Shown: positions 1-14,524 of the stretch, piece after piece
Layout of the letters: every line of letters begins with the position of its first letter
Numbering within the stretch: the stretch's first letter is position 1
Assembly: GCA_964016885.1 (NCBI GenBank)
Contig: OZ024740.1
Location: forward strand, 233,430,001 to 233,494,000
Direction: 5' to 3'
Source: Eledone cirrhosa
Lineage: Eukaryota
Length of the DNA stretch: 64,000 bases
The notes under the pieces: model-generated
What the model was told of the DNA's origin: nothing
What the model saw: the letters and a program-made list of their open reading frames with translations, nothing else
Database searches by the model: none
Position numbers and translations under genes: made by a program

Positions 1-478
<478 letters not shown>

Positions 479-691
479 GTCTGAAATAGAGGAAGTTGTG
501 TGCCAGTCACGCTGGTAAGTTTTTGTCTTTTATTTATAAAAAGCAAAAATTATTGTTTTAAAAAAATATACCACTATATAGATTGACCCTCTGACTAAAT
601 TGTCAATGGGTGGGTCATTGAAATGTTCGCCCACCAGGGCAAATTTAATTTTCATAAAAAACTTTTCATAAAAAATTTATAACAATTTGTT

Positions 692-2531
692 TTGACTATG
701 GATGATAACATTAAAGCGCTTCCCGCCAAAAATGGAAATGGGAGCGTTGAAATGAATGTCACTATGGCAACAAGTAGTGGCCGAGATAAATCACACCAAA
801 ACAAAAGTATGGAAACACATACGGCACAAAAAAATATTGAACAAGAGAAAAACACAACTTCACAAATGAATTCCACAACCACAAATCAAGTAATTGAGAA
901 CTACAGAAACAACAACAACAACAAAAACGACAACAATGACAGCAACAACAACAGCAACAATGATGATAACAACACCAACAGCAGCAACAGTAATGACAAC
1001 AACACCAACAAGAACAACTCCACAAACAAGGAAAAAAAGGTTTGTTTGCACAAACTGTCCAAAAGACAGAACTATATACACAGATTGACATCTCTAATGC
1101 CGGAAAATTGCTAAGTGATGCCAAGCAATATATAACTTTTGGGGAGAATGGCGCTTTTAGCATCACTTCTCCCCAAGAATTGCGTAGAGACACTGTCCTG
1201 AAAACTATAGTTTTTAGGACAATCTCAAATACCACCAGAGAACCAGCTCAATTAACTCAAAACGAAATTGTGTTGTTCTAAGAAACTCTATGAAGGACAT
1301 TACCTTCATACAGAAGGGAAAACTCTTCGGGAGTTTATCAATAATAATTGTTTCTACTTTAGGCACAAGGCCAGCAATTACCCAGTGCATTACTGGTACT
1401 TTATTTTATCGACCCCGTAAGGATGAAAGGCAAAGTCAACCTCGGCGGGAATAATGAAAGACCAATTGATGGTACAGAAATATTCTGTGTTGCCAATTGT
1501 GCCCCCCCCCCCCCCATCTACACCTTTTCCCCCACATATATGGGAAAAAGGACCCAAAAATAAAAGTAACAAATATCATACCAAATGTAAACATCTGGTG
1601 GATATTAGCTGGTTTCATCAATTTTGATGAAGATAGAGAAATTTCGGGAGGAAAGTCCTCCAGGGGCATATTCAACGGTACAAGCTTAGAAGTTCTGGTC
1701 CAAATGAGACTAGAACGGATAGCTAGAATACCACAACGTGTGCCTCTGGATGGAAATTTCTACATAAACATTTCTGTTGAGGGTAGGCGGCCTTCATGTT
1801 ACCAGCGTTTAAGCAGTGGTCACTTGAGGGCTTCCTGTCCTCAATTAACTGCATAAAAAAAGGCACTACTGCCGACACCCAACACAACAACACAACAACC
1901 ACCTCCACAACAACACACAAAAATAACAAAAACAAACCAAACTGCAAACACAGTGCCACCCAACCCCTCCCCACCTAAAACAACTCCAAAAACACCCGCA
2001 AGCACAACAGCTCCCCAAAACATACCCCTCCCCAATCAAACAGACACTACAATGAATGAAGCTTCCTCGTCATCACTCAGTGATGATGAGGGAGACCCCT
2101 CCACTCCAAAGAAAAAAGAAAAAAAGACATAACACGAACAAAAGGCAACAAACACACAACCACCAACACAAAAAACACAAACATTACAAACAAAAATCCC
2201 CCCTCCCGAAAACAAAACAATGACAACTCTCCAAACACAAATACCCACAACAAAACGAAAATACACACAAGAACAACAGACAAAAACTAACACAACACAA
2301 CAAAAATATTATACATACATAAACACTGACAATAAAACCTTGTTGGAGGTCATCTCCAAAAACCCTGCCGTGGGAACCGAAGGAAAATATTTTACCAAAT
2401 GTAAAGACAAACCTAATTTAAGGATGATTAGGGTCCCTACCGACACCTATAAGTCCTTAAAGGAAAACTTTGCTGAGGACGTGGGGAATATGTGTGTTAA
2501 ACCAACGAACCGCGTCCTCTTGAAACGTTAG
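692..2531 (+). pseudogene. LINE ORF1 (gag-like, zinc knuckle), frameshifted and interrupted by a SINE
   Basis: Fragments at 692-1114, 1042-1281, 1497-1856 (GRRPSCYQRLSSGHLRASCP, a CxxCxxxGHxxxxC with C to R) and 2220-2531. Low-complexity N/T/K/P segments are typical of Tx1 ORF1. Confidence 0.65.
1341..1450 (-). mobile_element. 5'-truncated SINE (family A) inserted into LINE ORF1
   Basis: Matches the 3' half of the abundant SINE (GTCGATAAAATAAAGTACCAGT...GGCCTTGTGCC...GAAACAATT). AATAAT lies on both sides. Confidence 0.9.
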
Positions 2532-5079
2532 TTTTTAGTAAAGAATTAGCATTAGATAGAAATAGGACCGAGAAGGAACTGGTAGATAATGTAGAAGAGG
2601 CAATTAGAAGATGCAACGTAGCCAGCGTGCTAGCAACGAGAACCGCCTTGGACCAGTTCTTCGACGCAAAGCACGAGGGCTGCGTTGTCAGAAGAAAAAT
2701 ACGTGCTCTGGGTAACGAGGGAACCAAAGCTGTTAGCTGGGCTCGGGTGACGGAGGTGAAAATTGGCAACAAGTCCACGATTCGGTCTTTGAAGGACTAA
2801 GACGGACGCGTGATACGTGAGCCGAAGCAGATGTGCGCGGCCTTTCAACGGCACTGTGCTCAGCTGTTCGGGCAGGGCGGCGCGCCGAGAGGGGCTATGA
2901 ATTTCGGCCCATACCTCGACAGCCTACCGCGACTCTCAGACATCGAGGCGAAGTTCTGCGAAAAGCCGATTTCAGCCGCTGAGATACGGGACGCGCTGAG
3001 CCAATGCGGCAAACGCAAAACTCCAAGCCTCGACGGTCTACCCTACGAATTTTACTTAGCAATGCAGGACTTGTTCTCCGGTTTCGTGGAAGCGGTCTAC
3101 TGCAACTGACAGCAGAACGGGAGAATTCCCAGTTCTGTGACCAGAGGCGTAGTCACACTAGTCAGGAAGGACGAGAATAAGGGAAATGACATAGGCAAGT
3201 TCCGGCCCATAACTCTGCTAAACACAGAGTTACAGATTTTGGTCAAGGTTTTGGCAAAGAGGCTGGCGCTTGTCGTCGAAAACCTGGTGGGAGAAGCGCA
3301 GACATGCGTAATACCGACCAGGTCCATACACAACAACCTCCACCTCATGCGATACATCGTAGAGAGGGTAGGGTGTAAACCCGACTTCGGTGTAGCCCTG
3401 ATCAAATTGGATCAGTCTAAGGCTTTCGATAGGGTTGACCATCGTTACCTGGATGCGGTGCTCGAGGCGGCAGGCTTCGGACCCGTGTTCAGGGGCTGGA
3501 CTGCTGCAATGCACAACAGCAATATCTGCTCCAGGGTCAAGGTGAACGGCTACCTCTCGGAGCCGTTCAATATCACGCGATCCATCCGATAGGGATGCCC
3601 CGTCTCCTCCCTTCTGTACGTACTGACTCTCGAGCCACTACTGCGGAAGTTAGAGCTATTGCAGGGTATCCCTCTAGAACCGGGACTGCGGAAAGCGGCG
3701 TTTGGCCTACGCCGACGACGTTACAGTAATGGTGTCGAGCACCTCGCAAATCGAGGAAGTCGGCACCTCACTGAAGGAATACGAAAGGTTCACAGGAGCG
3801 AAGTTGAACCGTCGGTTTGCAACTCGGATCGTAGAGAGGCAAACTGATGCCTTCCGATGGCGTCGTCGGACGCTGGACGGAAGGACCGGCAAAGCTGCTC
3901 GGGGTCTGGTTTGGTCCGGACCTCCAGGTGGAGAAAAACTGAAACGAGGTGACGGCCAAGGTGTTTGCACTCACCCAGAAGTGGGCCGAGTGCAAACAGT
4001 CCTTGAAAAGGGCGAGCGGAGGTGGCGAACACTTTTAAAGCGTCCGTCATCTACTACCGCTTGACCGTCGTGCCTTGTCCAGCCAAAACGCTTACCAAAA
4101 TGGAGCGCGCGCTCTTCCAATTCCTTTGGAAGAAGCGAGTTCCTTTGGTGAGAAGATCCATCTGCTGCCAACACCCTTCCAACGGAGGGCTGAGGATGCC
4201 GTGGCTGACGATGCGCAAACACGCGCTCAGGCTGCGGCATCTCTACGTATTCCTCACCGGACGACCGGTGTGGGCCCCGTTCGTGAGGCGAGCCTTCCGA
4301 CGACTCGTCTCGCTGACCGAGCTGCAGTCCTGGGTCAAGCAAAGACCGAGGAAAATGGGCGACTGGCACATCGAATGTGCTCAGGCGCTCACAGCCCTCT
4401 GGCAGGCGGACCCGGCGATCAGTGGAGACTCCACTTCGTCATTCTATAGAGGGTGATCCACAGCAAGTGTGACGACGCGCTCGGAGAAGCTCTAGGCGTA
4501 GAGGAAGATGAACTTGCCAGTCTGTTCGGTATGACCTTCCGCCCGGGACCGATGGACAACTTCCAAAAGTCCCTGGCCTGGCAGTGCTACCGAGGAGCTC
4601 TACCAGTTCGAAACAAGCTCTACAGACATGAGCGCCCGGGCAGGGACCCTTCGAAAAAGATCTATATGAGATGCGTGCGAGACGAAGAAACCGTCGCGCA
4701 CGCATTCATACACTGCCCGGGCGTTACCGACCTGTGGGGCTATGTAGAACGACTATTGTCGCGGGTGGGACCAATCCGGTTGACCACCGAGTCCATTGTC
4801 ATGATCAAACCGCCACCGTCCTTCAAAAACGAAGGAGAGGCGGGTTTCCTTTGTGTGATAACTATGGCGAAAGAGGTTGTATGGTGGACGAGGTTAAAAG
4901 GGCTGAGGTCAGACACCTTTCTCTCCGGCCAACAACTGATTCTTTTTTTCAAATACCACTTTGGAAGAAGAATCAGGATAGAGAAAGAGGTGCTGTACCC
5001 CAGCAAGTTTTATGAAAGGTGGGTGAAAGTGGCGAGAATGGCCCGAGTGAATGGGCTTTCTCTCTATATCAGCCTGTAG
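2531..5079 (+). pseudogene. LINE ORF2 reverse transcriptase pseudogene (linker, RT, C-terminal zinc finger), with several stops and frameshifts
   Basis: Motifs KTPSLDGLPYEFY, FRPITLLNTELQILVKVLAKRL, LDQSKAFDRVDH, SIR*GCPVSSLLY, AYADDV (3702-3722), GGLRMP and CVRDEETVAHAFIHC. Stop at 5077-5079. Confidence 0.92.
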
Positions 5080-5316
5080 GTTGAGGAAAAAGAGGGACAG
5101 AGGAAAGCGGTACAAACACTTCGTACTCCTAGAGATGAGAGTTGCACATTTTTTCGGGGTATGTGTTACCCATATGAAATGTCTCCCTCTATTGGGGAAA
5201 ATCGATTAATTTTTAAATTACATTTGTGATAACATTTTACACGTTTTTATTGTATGTAAACTTCCCCCTTTGTATTTGTCCCCTTCTTTTGTGCCCCTGT
5301 GGCTAATAAAGAAACA

Positions 5317-5420
5317 TATCTATCTATCTATCTACCTATCTATCTATCTATGTATCTATCGATCTATCTCTCACTTTCTCTCTCTCTCTCACACACACAC
5401 ACACCCGTACTCTCTCTCTT

Positions 5421-5494
<74 letters not shown>
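5317..5494. repeat. Compound (TATC)n/(CT)n/(CA)n/(TA)n microsatellite
   Basis: Seen directly; abuts the LINE 3' end. Confidence 0.95.
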
Positions 5495-5497
<3 letters not shown>

Positions 5498-5791
5498 CAC
5501 AGAAAAAAAGAGAATCGTTGTTGCGACGAATGGAATTTATTGGACATATTACAATCGTTTCTCTGGCGACCAATTCGTGGCACGATCGATCTGATGATCG
5601 AACCTGACTCTGAAAACCGCAAAGGTCCTCAGATACGTCTTGATTCTACGAAGCAGATTTTCTTTGCGATTTTCAGAGTCAGGTTCGATCATCACATCGA
5701 TCGTGCCTCGAGGTGTTCGCCAGAGAAACGATTGTAATATGTCCAATAAATTCCATTCGTCGCAACGCTGATTCTCTTTTTTTCTGTGATA
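5495..5791. mobile_element. ~300-bp fold-back element (~130-bp inverted arms); each arm carries a hammerhead 3' half
   Basis: TATCACAGAAAAAAAGAGAATC... mirrors ...GATTCTCTTTTTTTCTGTGATA. The arm reads TCGCCAGA-GAAACGATTGTA-ATATG...AATAAA. Confidence 0.75.
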
Positions 5792-5865
5792 ACATCCTCT
5801 GCTCCATGAGAGCATCGAGTGCTCATACGGCCTACCACATACGGACGCTTTAAGCACCCAACACC

Positions 5866-6268
<403 letters not shown>

Positions 6269-6390
6269 GAAACACACAGATACATGCGGACACACACATA
6301 TACATGAATGCATCCACATCCAACCGTGAGTTAATGGTGCCAACCTTACCGATGTATGACTGGGACAGACCAATTCCTTCTCTCTTCATA

Positions 6391-6507
<117 letters not shown>

Positions 6508-7517
6508 TGTGTGCGCGTGCGCGTGTGTGTGTGTGTAGGGGGGTGTATTGAATATGTGTACATGTATGTGGGTGCGGTAATCTTATACATAGCTGCTGTT
6601 TTAGTTTTTCTTTATAATCTAAAAAAAATTGACTGATTTTACCGTAGGAGATAACATATGAGCTTGCAAAAAATCGGCTACAATCTAAAAATGGAGAAAT
6701 TTTGATGTTTTTACATTATAATTTACGTGTTTTTAAATTTGGTCATTAAGTAAAATGTTTTGTTTAAGTTAATATAACAGAATCATTAATACTGGAAAAT
6801 TGTGGAATACATTTATATAATCATGAACCCAGAATCTTTATAATTTCTAAATAATTCGTTTTTAACAGAACAATCCAAAACACAAACCAAAACTCTGCAG
6901 ATGGATGGGAGCATCTTTCGTCGACTTTGAATCACTCTAACCAATAGACAGTTTCCCACCCTGAGTATTCCAAAGGAATTTCCAGTTGTGTAGATTAGCA
7001 AGATCAATCGCTAAGTACAGTTTTATATTACATCGGTGGAAACCCTGGAAATTAATATATGTTTTTTTCTATTTCTATCACCATGGTTTTCTTGCTTAAA
7101 AATAGTAGGGGCCGATTATTAAAAGAGGTGAATCAGTATAAATAAGCCGATACCGATTAATCGGTGAAATTGCTCTGATCTGCATTTTTGAATTATTATA
7201 TATGTGTGTATACTGATATGCATGCAAACATACACACACACATACATACATGCACAGATACATATGCACATATCCACACATACACTCAGACATATATACG
7301 CAAATGTATACAGGTATATAGTAATGTAAGTGTATATATATATATATATTGGTTTAATATGAACAGTTATATAAAATTCCGAATGTTATTTTCACAAATC
7401 TGAATAAAGAACTAACATATTGATTGAACATGTGAATTAATATAACTGAAGTTGTTTCTGAATGTATTAAATTATGTAGGGGACTTTTAAGTGTCATATC
7501 ACCATCTTAATTATACT

Positions 7518-8255
<738 letters not shown>

Positions 8256-8519
8256 ATATATATATATATAAGCAAAAGGGATATTAAATTTGTTGGTAAT
8301 TCAACAAATATAAATGTTTATAACTGATTCAAAGCACTCGACTGGAAAAACTTGAACCGTTCAGGACTCATTCCTGGATATGTCAATATTTATAAAACAA
8401 ACTTTGTATTTTATCCGATGAGAGCGCACCAAAGTTTTGATACCCTTGAAATATATATAATAGAATAAATTAATAAAATAATGAATAAACAAAGAAACAG
8501 TTCCTTATATTAAAAAAAT

Positions 8520-8661
8520 TCATCATTTTACGATCGTTTCTAGGATATATATGTGTTAGAGTTGGTATGCATATTCTATAGATCTATGTACAATATTTAT
8601 ACAAACTGTCAGAGGGAATATACATACCTACACATATATATGCTGTCTTCAGAAATAATGA
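8520..8661 (-). ncRNA. Type I hammerhead ribozyme with extended stem II
   Basis: Reverse-complement copy of 9942-10083. Confidence 0.7.
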
Positions 8662-9182
8662 CATTTGTTAATTGAAAAAAAACAAAGATTCAATACAATA
8701 GGTCTGTTTGGGAACAGGTTTTGAATTGACCAATAGAGAGATAGTGAGGGTCAAGATAGTAATATAGTAGTAGAAGAACCTTAAATTATGGGTAGAGGAA
8801 GGTAGATTTCAGTTTTGGATGGAAAAGAATCTTATGAATGAAAGATTATTTTAGGGATGAAAATAGGTCGTATGCTGACCTCAGAAATAATTATATTTGT
8901 TCATTGAATAAAACCAACAAAGATCTAATATATTCTGTCTGTTTGGTAAGAGGTTTAGAATTAACCAACAGAAAGTTAATAATTGGCCAAATGGTAAAAT
9001 AGTAGTAATTGTAGCTTATTTTAGGGGTATGACTCTGTGTTCCTTGAAATCTCTATATATTTATTATTTCTCACTAATAAATTTAATCCCCCCCCCAATA
9101 ATTATATGTATATGTAGGCGTATATGTGTGTGTATATAGATATATGTATGTATGTATATATATATGTGTGTATATATATATA

Positions 9183-9213
<31 letters not shown>

Positions 9214-9230
9214 GTGTATATGTGTGTGTG

Positions 9231-9275
<45 letters not shown>

Positions 9276-9941
9276 TATTTTTATATTCTTTTAATTTCCC
9301 CTCATCTTTAACAGCACTCTTCAACTGCATCTAACTCTTATTTATCATATCTATATGCATTAGTATATCAATATAAATATACCCATCAATTAAATTAATT
9401 TATATTCTTTTCATAGATGTATTTTTTTCACTAACATTCTTATCGTAAAATTTTAGTCTCCTTAGATATTTGTATTGGCATTACTATTTTATAACAGCAA
9501 CTGCTCGTATACCTTTTACTGACCTGACCTATTTTCACCCCTAAAAAAATCCTTCTCATTCTTCACACTCCATTCAAAACTGAAATCTGCCTTATTCTAC
9601 CCCTAAAATAAGCTTCAATTACTACTATTTTACCATTTGGCCAATTATTAACTTTCTACCAAACAGACAGAATATATGAGATCTTTGTTGGTTTTATTCA
9701 ATGAACAAATATAATTATTTCTGAGGTCAGCATACGACCTATTTTCATCCCTAAAATAATCTTTCATTCATAAGATTCTTTTCCATCCAAAACTGAAATC
9801 TACCTCCTCTACCCATAATTTAAGGTTCTTCTACTACTATATTACTATCTTGACCCTCACTATCTCTCTATTGGTCAATTCAAAACCTGTTCCCCAACGG
9901 ACCTATCGTATTGAATCTTTGTTTTTTTCAATAAACAAATA

Positions 9942-10083
9942 TCATTATTTCTGAAGACAGCATATATATGTGTAGGTATGTATATTCCCTCTGATAGTTT
10001 GTATAAATATTGTACATAGATCTATAGAATATGCATACCAACTCTCACACATATATATCCTAGAAACGATCGTAAAATGATGA
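9942..10083 (+). ncRNA. Type I hammerhead ribozyme with extended (~105 nt) stem II
   Basis: TCATTATTT-CTGAAGA-[ATATATATGTGT/ACACATATATAT and GTATGTATATTC/GAATATGCATAC helices]-GAA-ACGATCGT-A-AAATGATGA. Stem I is 9 bp, stem III is palindromic and the cleavage triplet is GUA. Confidence 0.75.
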
Positions 10084-10321
10084 ATTTTTTTAATATAAGG
10101 AACTGTTTCTTTGTTTATTCATTATTTTATTAATTTTTCTTGACTCTGTTTTCCGTTAATTTTCACCGAAAATAGTTTTTGAATGCGTCTTCTCTTTTCA
10201 TGATATCCGGATTACATTGAGTTCTTCATACGGATTGGACACTACCGTAAATTTTTGGTAGATTGATCTACATAATAGAATAAATATAGTTTTATAAATA
10301 TAGTTTCCATTTATTTAATAT

Positions 10322-10394
<73 letters not shown>

Positions 10395-10406
10395 TATGTC
10401 ACTATA

Positions 10407-10444
<38 letters not shown>

Positions 10445-10543
10445 CGAAGGAAATGTGGTAAGGAACCAGGTGGACCATAACGCATCAAAGTACTCAATAC
10501 TTAGGGTAGTAGAGTGGATAAAAGGAACGGGGTCCTACTCGTT

Positions 10544-10580
<37 letters not shown>

Positions 10581-10803
10581 TCCCAATTTGTAGAAAACTT
10601 ATAATGAAACAATTGTTTGGAAAGAGAGATATATTTTAACTTTAATTATATCTCATAAAATAATACAACTGGCTTTCCACAAAATACATATAGTTAGCAC
10701 CCCAAACACTTAAATTGGGTTTATACTAACATATAACCTAATGTTTGTTGAGTGAGATGGTTACCAGTCGGAGTTTAGCTTTAAGCTATCTCTGTTATTG
10801 TCT

Positions 10804-10874
<71 letters not shown>

Positions 10875-11144
10875 TATATACCTGTATACATTTGCTCATG
10901 TATGCCTGAGTGTATTTGTGGGCATGTGAGTATGCTTGTGTGTATAGACAGAATACAAGTTCTGATTGATTTATGTAGCGTTAAAAACATGGCTAAAACA
11001 TTTTCTATTAAATTTCTGGACGTAATATTTAAGCTGTGTAAAAACTGTTTATTCATTGGTATTTCACTTATATTCATGAATCATTACCAACATTCCTTCA
11101 TATCTAAATTGTGATGGAATTCTTATATGAACAAAATATTTTTA

Positions 11145-11340
11145 TAATAATTGTTTCTACTGTTGGCACAAGGCCAGCAATTATCCCAGTGCATTACTGC
11201 TACTTTAATTCATCGACCCCGTAAGGATGAAAAGCAAAGTTAATCTCGGTGGGATTTGAACTCATACCATAAAGGGCCGTAACTCTATGCTGCAAAGCAT
11301 AGCGTCCGACCCTCTACCGATACTGCCAATCCACCAATAA
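11145..11340 (-). mobile_element. tRNA-derived SINE family A, near full length
   Basis: A box TGGCAGTATCGG, B box GAGTTCAAATCC, conserved body and an (ATT)-like tail. Confidence 0.9.
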
Positions 11341-11754
11341 TTACAATCATTGGCACAAATACCCTTTACTAAGTGTGTGTGTGTGTGTGTGTGCGTGTGT
11401 GTGTGTGTGCTTGTTTGTGTACTTGTATGTATGTGAGCTTGTGTGTGTTGGACATTCGTCGGTTCCGATGACGAATGCTCTAGTCATTTGATCATCGGAA
11501 CCAACTGCCCGTGAAATTAATGCGAAGGTGGCTGAACATCCCCAAAACACCTGGCCCCTTAACATCATTTTCAGGAAGATTCAGCTTGAAACAGTATGAA
11601 CAACGACAATTAGGTGTCAACGCGATAGCCTATGAGTTTTCACTTGACTTGTTATATATAGCAATTTTTCAGTTTATATGTCCACACTCTTGGAAATGAT
11701 AATAGATATTATGGTCCTTACCTCCCAGTATATAGAGAAAAATGGAATAGACCT

Positions 11755-12140
11755 TAATAATGGTTTCTACTTTAGGCACAAGGCCAGCAATTACCCAGAG
11801 TATTACTGGTACTTTATTTTATCGACCCCGTAAGGATGAAAGGCAAAGTCAACCTCGGCGGGATTTGAACTCAGATCGTAAAGGGACGTAACTATGCTGG
11901 AAAGCATGGCGTCCGACCCTTTACCGATACTATGATTTCTGTTGTAGGCACAAGGTCAGAAATGTAGGTGGAAGGAAAGTCGATTAAATTGACCCCAGTG
12001 CATTACTGCTACTTTATTTTATCGACCTCGTAGGAATGAAAGGCAAAGCTTACCTCGGTGGGATTTGAACTCAAACCGTAAAGGGCCGTAATTCTATGCT
12101 GCAGAACATGGTGTCAGATGATCTACCGATACTGCCAGTC
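11755..12140 (-). mobile_element. Two tandem SINE family A copies
   Basis: Two successive matches to the consensus; the second has the longer 3' segment. Confidence 0.88.
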
Positions 12141-12196
12141 CAACGCCCTAGTCATGACCATAATAATGTTAACAATTTGTTATTCGAATCCTATTA

Positions 12197-12323
12197 TTTC
12201 TACTACTACTATTACTACTATTACTACTACTATTACTACTATTATTACTACTACTAGTACTACTACTACTATTACTACTACTATTACTACTACTACTATT
12301 ACTACTACTATTACTACTACTAT

Positions 12324-12370
<47 letters not shown>

Positions 12371-12451
12371 TTATTACTACTATTACTACTACTACTACTA
12401 TTACCACTAATATTACTATTACTACTTCTACTACTACTACTATTACTACTT

Positions 12452-12508
<57 letters not shown>

Positions 12509-12754
12509 TTACTACTACTACTATTACTACTACTATTACTACTACTACTACTATTACTACTACTACTATTACTACTACTATTACTACTACTATTACTACT
12601 ACTATTACTACTACTACTACTAATACTATTAATACTACTAATAAGAGTACTACTACTACTATTACTACTACTATTACTACTACTATTACTTCTACTACTA
12701 TTACTACTATTACTACTACTACTATTACTACTACTACTACTACTACTATTACTT

Positions 12755-12797
<43 letters not shown>

Positions 12798-12840
12798 CAC
12801 TACTACTATAATTATTACTACTACTACTGTTACCACCACC

Positions 12841-12900
<60 letters not shown>

Positions 12901-12909
12901 GTTACTACC

Positions 12910-12942
<33 letters not shown>
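12197..12942. repeat. ~750-bp (TAC/TAT)n trinucleotide array
   Basis: Seen directly; it explains the poly-T/S/V ORFs. Confidence 0.97.
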
Positions 12943-13082
12943 CATTTCTAATACGAGGGCTCACTGTATCGTGTTGTCGATTAAATTGATCTAATACACA
13001 TTTTGTCAGATTCAGAAGAAATTGAGGGAAATTTGAACTGCAAACATAAACCTAACATAAATCTACAACAATGAGACTTTCG

Positions 13083-13232
13083 ATAATTGCTTCTACTTTT
13101 GGCACAAGGTCAGCAATTATTCCAATGCATTACTGGTACTTCATTTTATCGACAGCGTAAGGATGAAAGGCAAAGTTAACCTCGGCGGGATTTGAACTCA
13201 GACCGTAAAGGGGCATAACTCTATACTGATAC
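13083..13232 (-). mobile_element. SINE family A
   Basis: Consensus match, 5'-truncated. Confidence 0.85.
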
Positions 13233-13262
13233 TTTCGATAATGATAGAAAATGCTATGAGTT

Positions 13263-13445
13263 TCATCATTATCATCTTCATCATCATTATCATCTTCATC
13301 ATCATTATCATCTTCATCGTCATCATCATCATCGTCATCATTATTATCATCATTATCATCACCATCATCATCATTGCTACCACCAGTATCATCATTACTA
13401 ACAACTTCATCACCATCAACAATAGTACCAACAACATCCACAATA
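13263..13445. repeat. (CAT)n-like trinucleotide repeat
   Basis: Seen directly. Confidence 0.9.
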
Positions 13446-13639
13446 ATTATTCTGCAGTTCACACCCGTGTTGCAGTGTTAAGCATTTAACAAACTTGATT
13501 ATAGAATGAAATTTAAACATAACTGAAATTATTTAACATAATGAACAGATATTATGAAGTTCTATAGATGTAAGCATTACAACAGAAATAAGAACATTTA
13601 TGGAGGGGGGGGGGGCATTAAATTACCACAGGTCTGATT

Positions 13640-13743
13640 AGAAGAAGAAGAAGAAGAAGAAGAAGAAGAAGAAGAAGAAGAAGAAGAAGAAGAAGAAGAA
13701 GAAGAAGAAAGAGAAGAAGGAGGAGGAGAAAAAAAAGAAGAAG
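13640..13743. repeat. (GAA)n polypurine tract upstream of the exon
   Basis: Seen directly. Confidence 0.95.
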
Positions 13744-14261
13744 TTATAGGGTGGGGGTTGCCATTAGTATTTTGACTGTGTAAGTGAAGTGTGAAGGTTT
13801 CAATCATAAATTGAAACCGCTTTGTTTGCGATGCTGGTTAGTATACTTACCTTTCTACTCAAAGGTAACGCAGTGAAGTTGTCCTTTCTAGTAAGAGGAA
13901 AAAAACATTTAAAAAAAAAAACAAAACCCAGAAACCTTGAGTGTGTTGCTATGGACGACAGCGGCGGTGGCGAAGGCGAAGTACACGAAAGACAAACATC
14001 AAAATCATCGGCAAACCACAACAGCAATGGCGTCGACGGGGGGGGGGGGGGACTAAAACAACAGCAGCAGTAACAACTACTACTGCTACTACTAGTAGTA
14101 CTACTACTAAATTTACTACCCCTAAAATTACTACTAATACTACTACTACTAATACTAAATTTCCTACTACTACTAGTACTACTGCTAAAATTACTACTTC
14201 AACTACAACTACCAATACTACTACTACTAAATTTACTACTACTACTACTATTATACTATTA

Positions 14262-14314
<53 letters not shown>

Positions 14315-14524
14315 TATCAACATAATCACAGCGATAGTGACAAAGGTGACAACTTTAAAAAAAAAAGCGTAGCTGAGTGCTTTTTTGTGTTCGGTGAGAG
14401 TTGTCGTTGGTGGGGAAAGGTGCAGCCGCCAGGTGGTCTGTCTGACAGTAGAAGCATGATAATGTGACTGATAGCGGTAAGAGGCGCAGTCGACTAGTAT
14501 TCGGAGTTAAAGAAGCGTTTTTCG

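Larger units (their letters stand above)
505..5316 (+). mobile_element. Decayed non-LTR retrotransposon, L1/Tx1-like (ORF1 plus endonuclease-less ORF2)
   Basis: ORF1 fragments include a degenerate CCHC knuckle. ORF2 fragments carry RT motifs and a C-terminal CxxxxETxxHxxxxC zinc finger. The 3' UTR has AATAAA at ~5306 followed by (TATC)n. The 5' boundary is approximate. Confidence 0.85.

Noticed and set aside
12118-12951. 277-aa Thr-rich mucin-like ORF and its antisense Ser/Val ORFs
   Set aside because: Pure (TAC)n microsatellite that starts inside a SINE.
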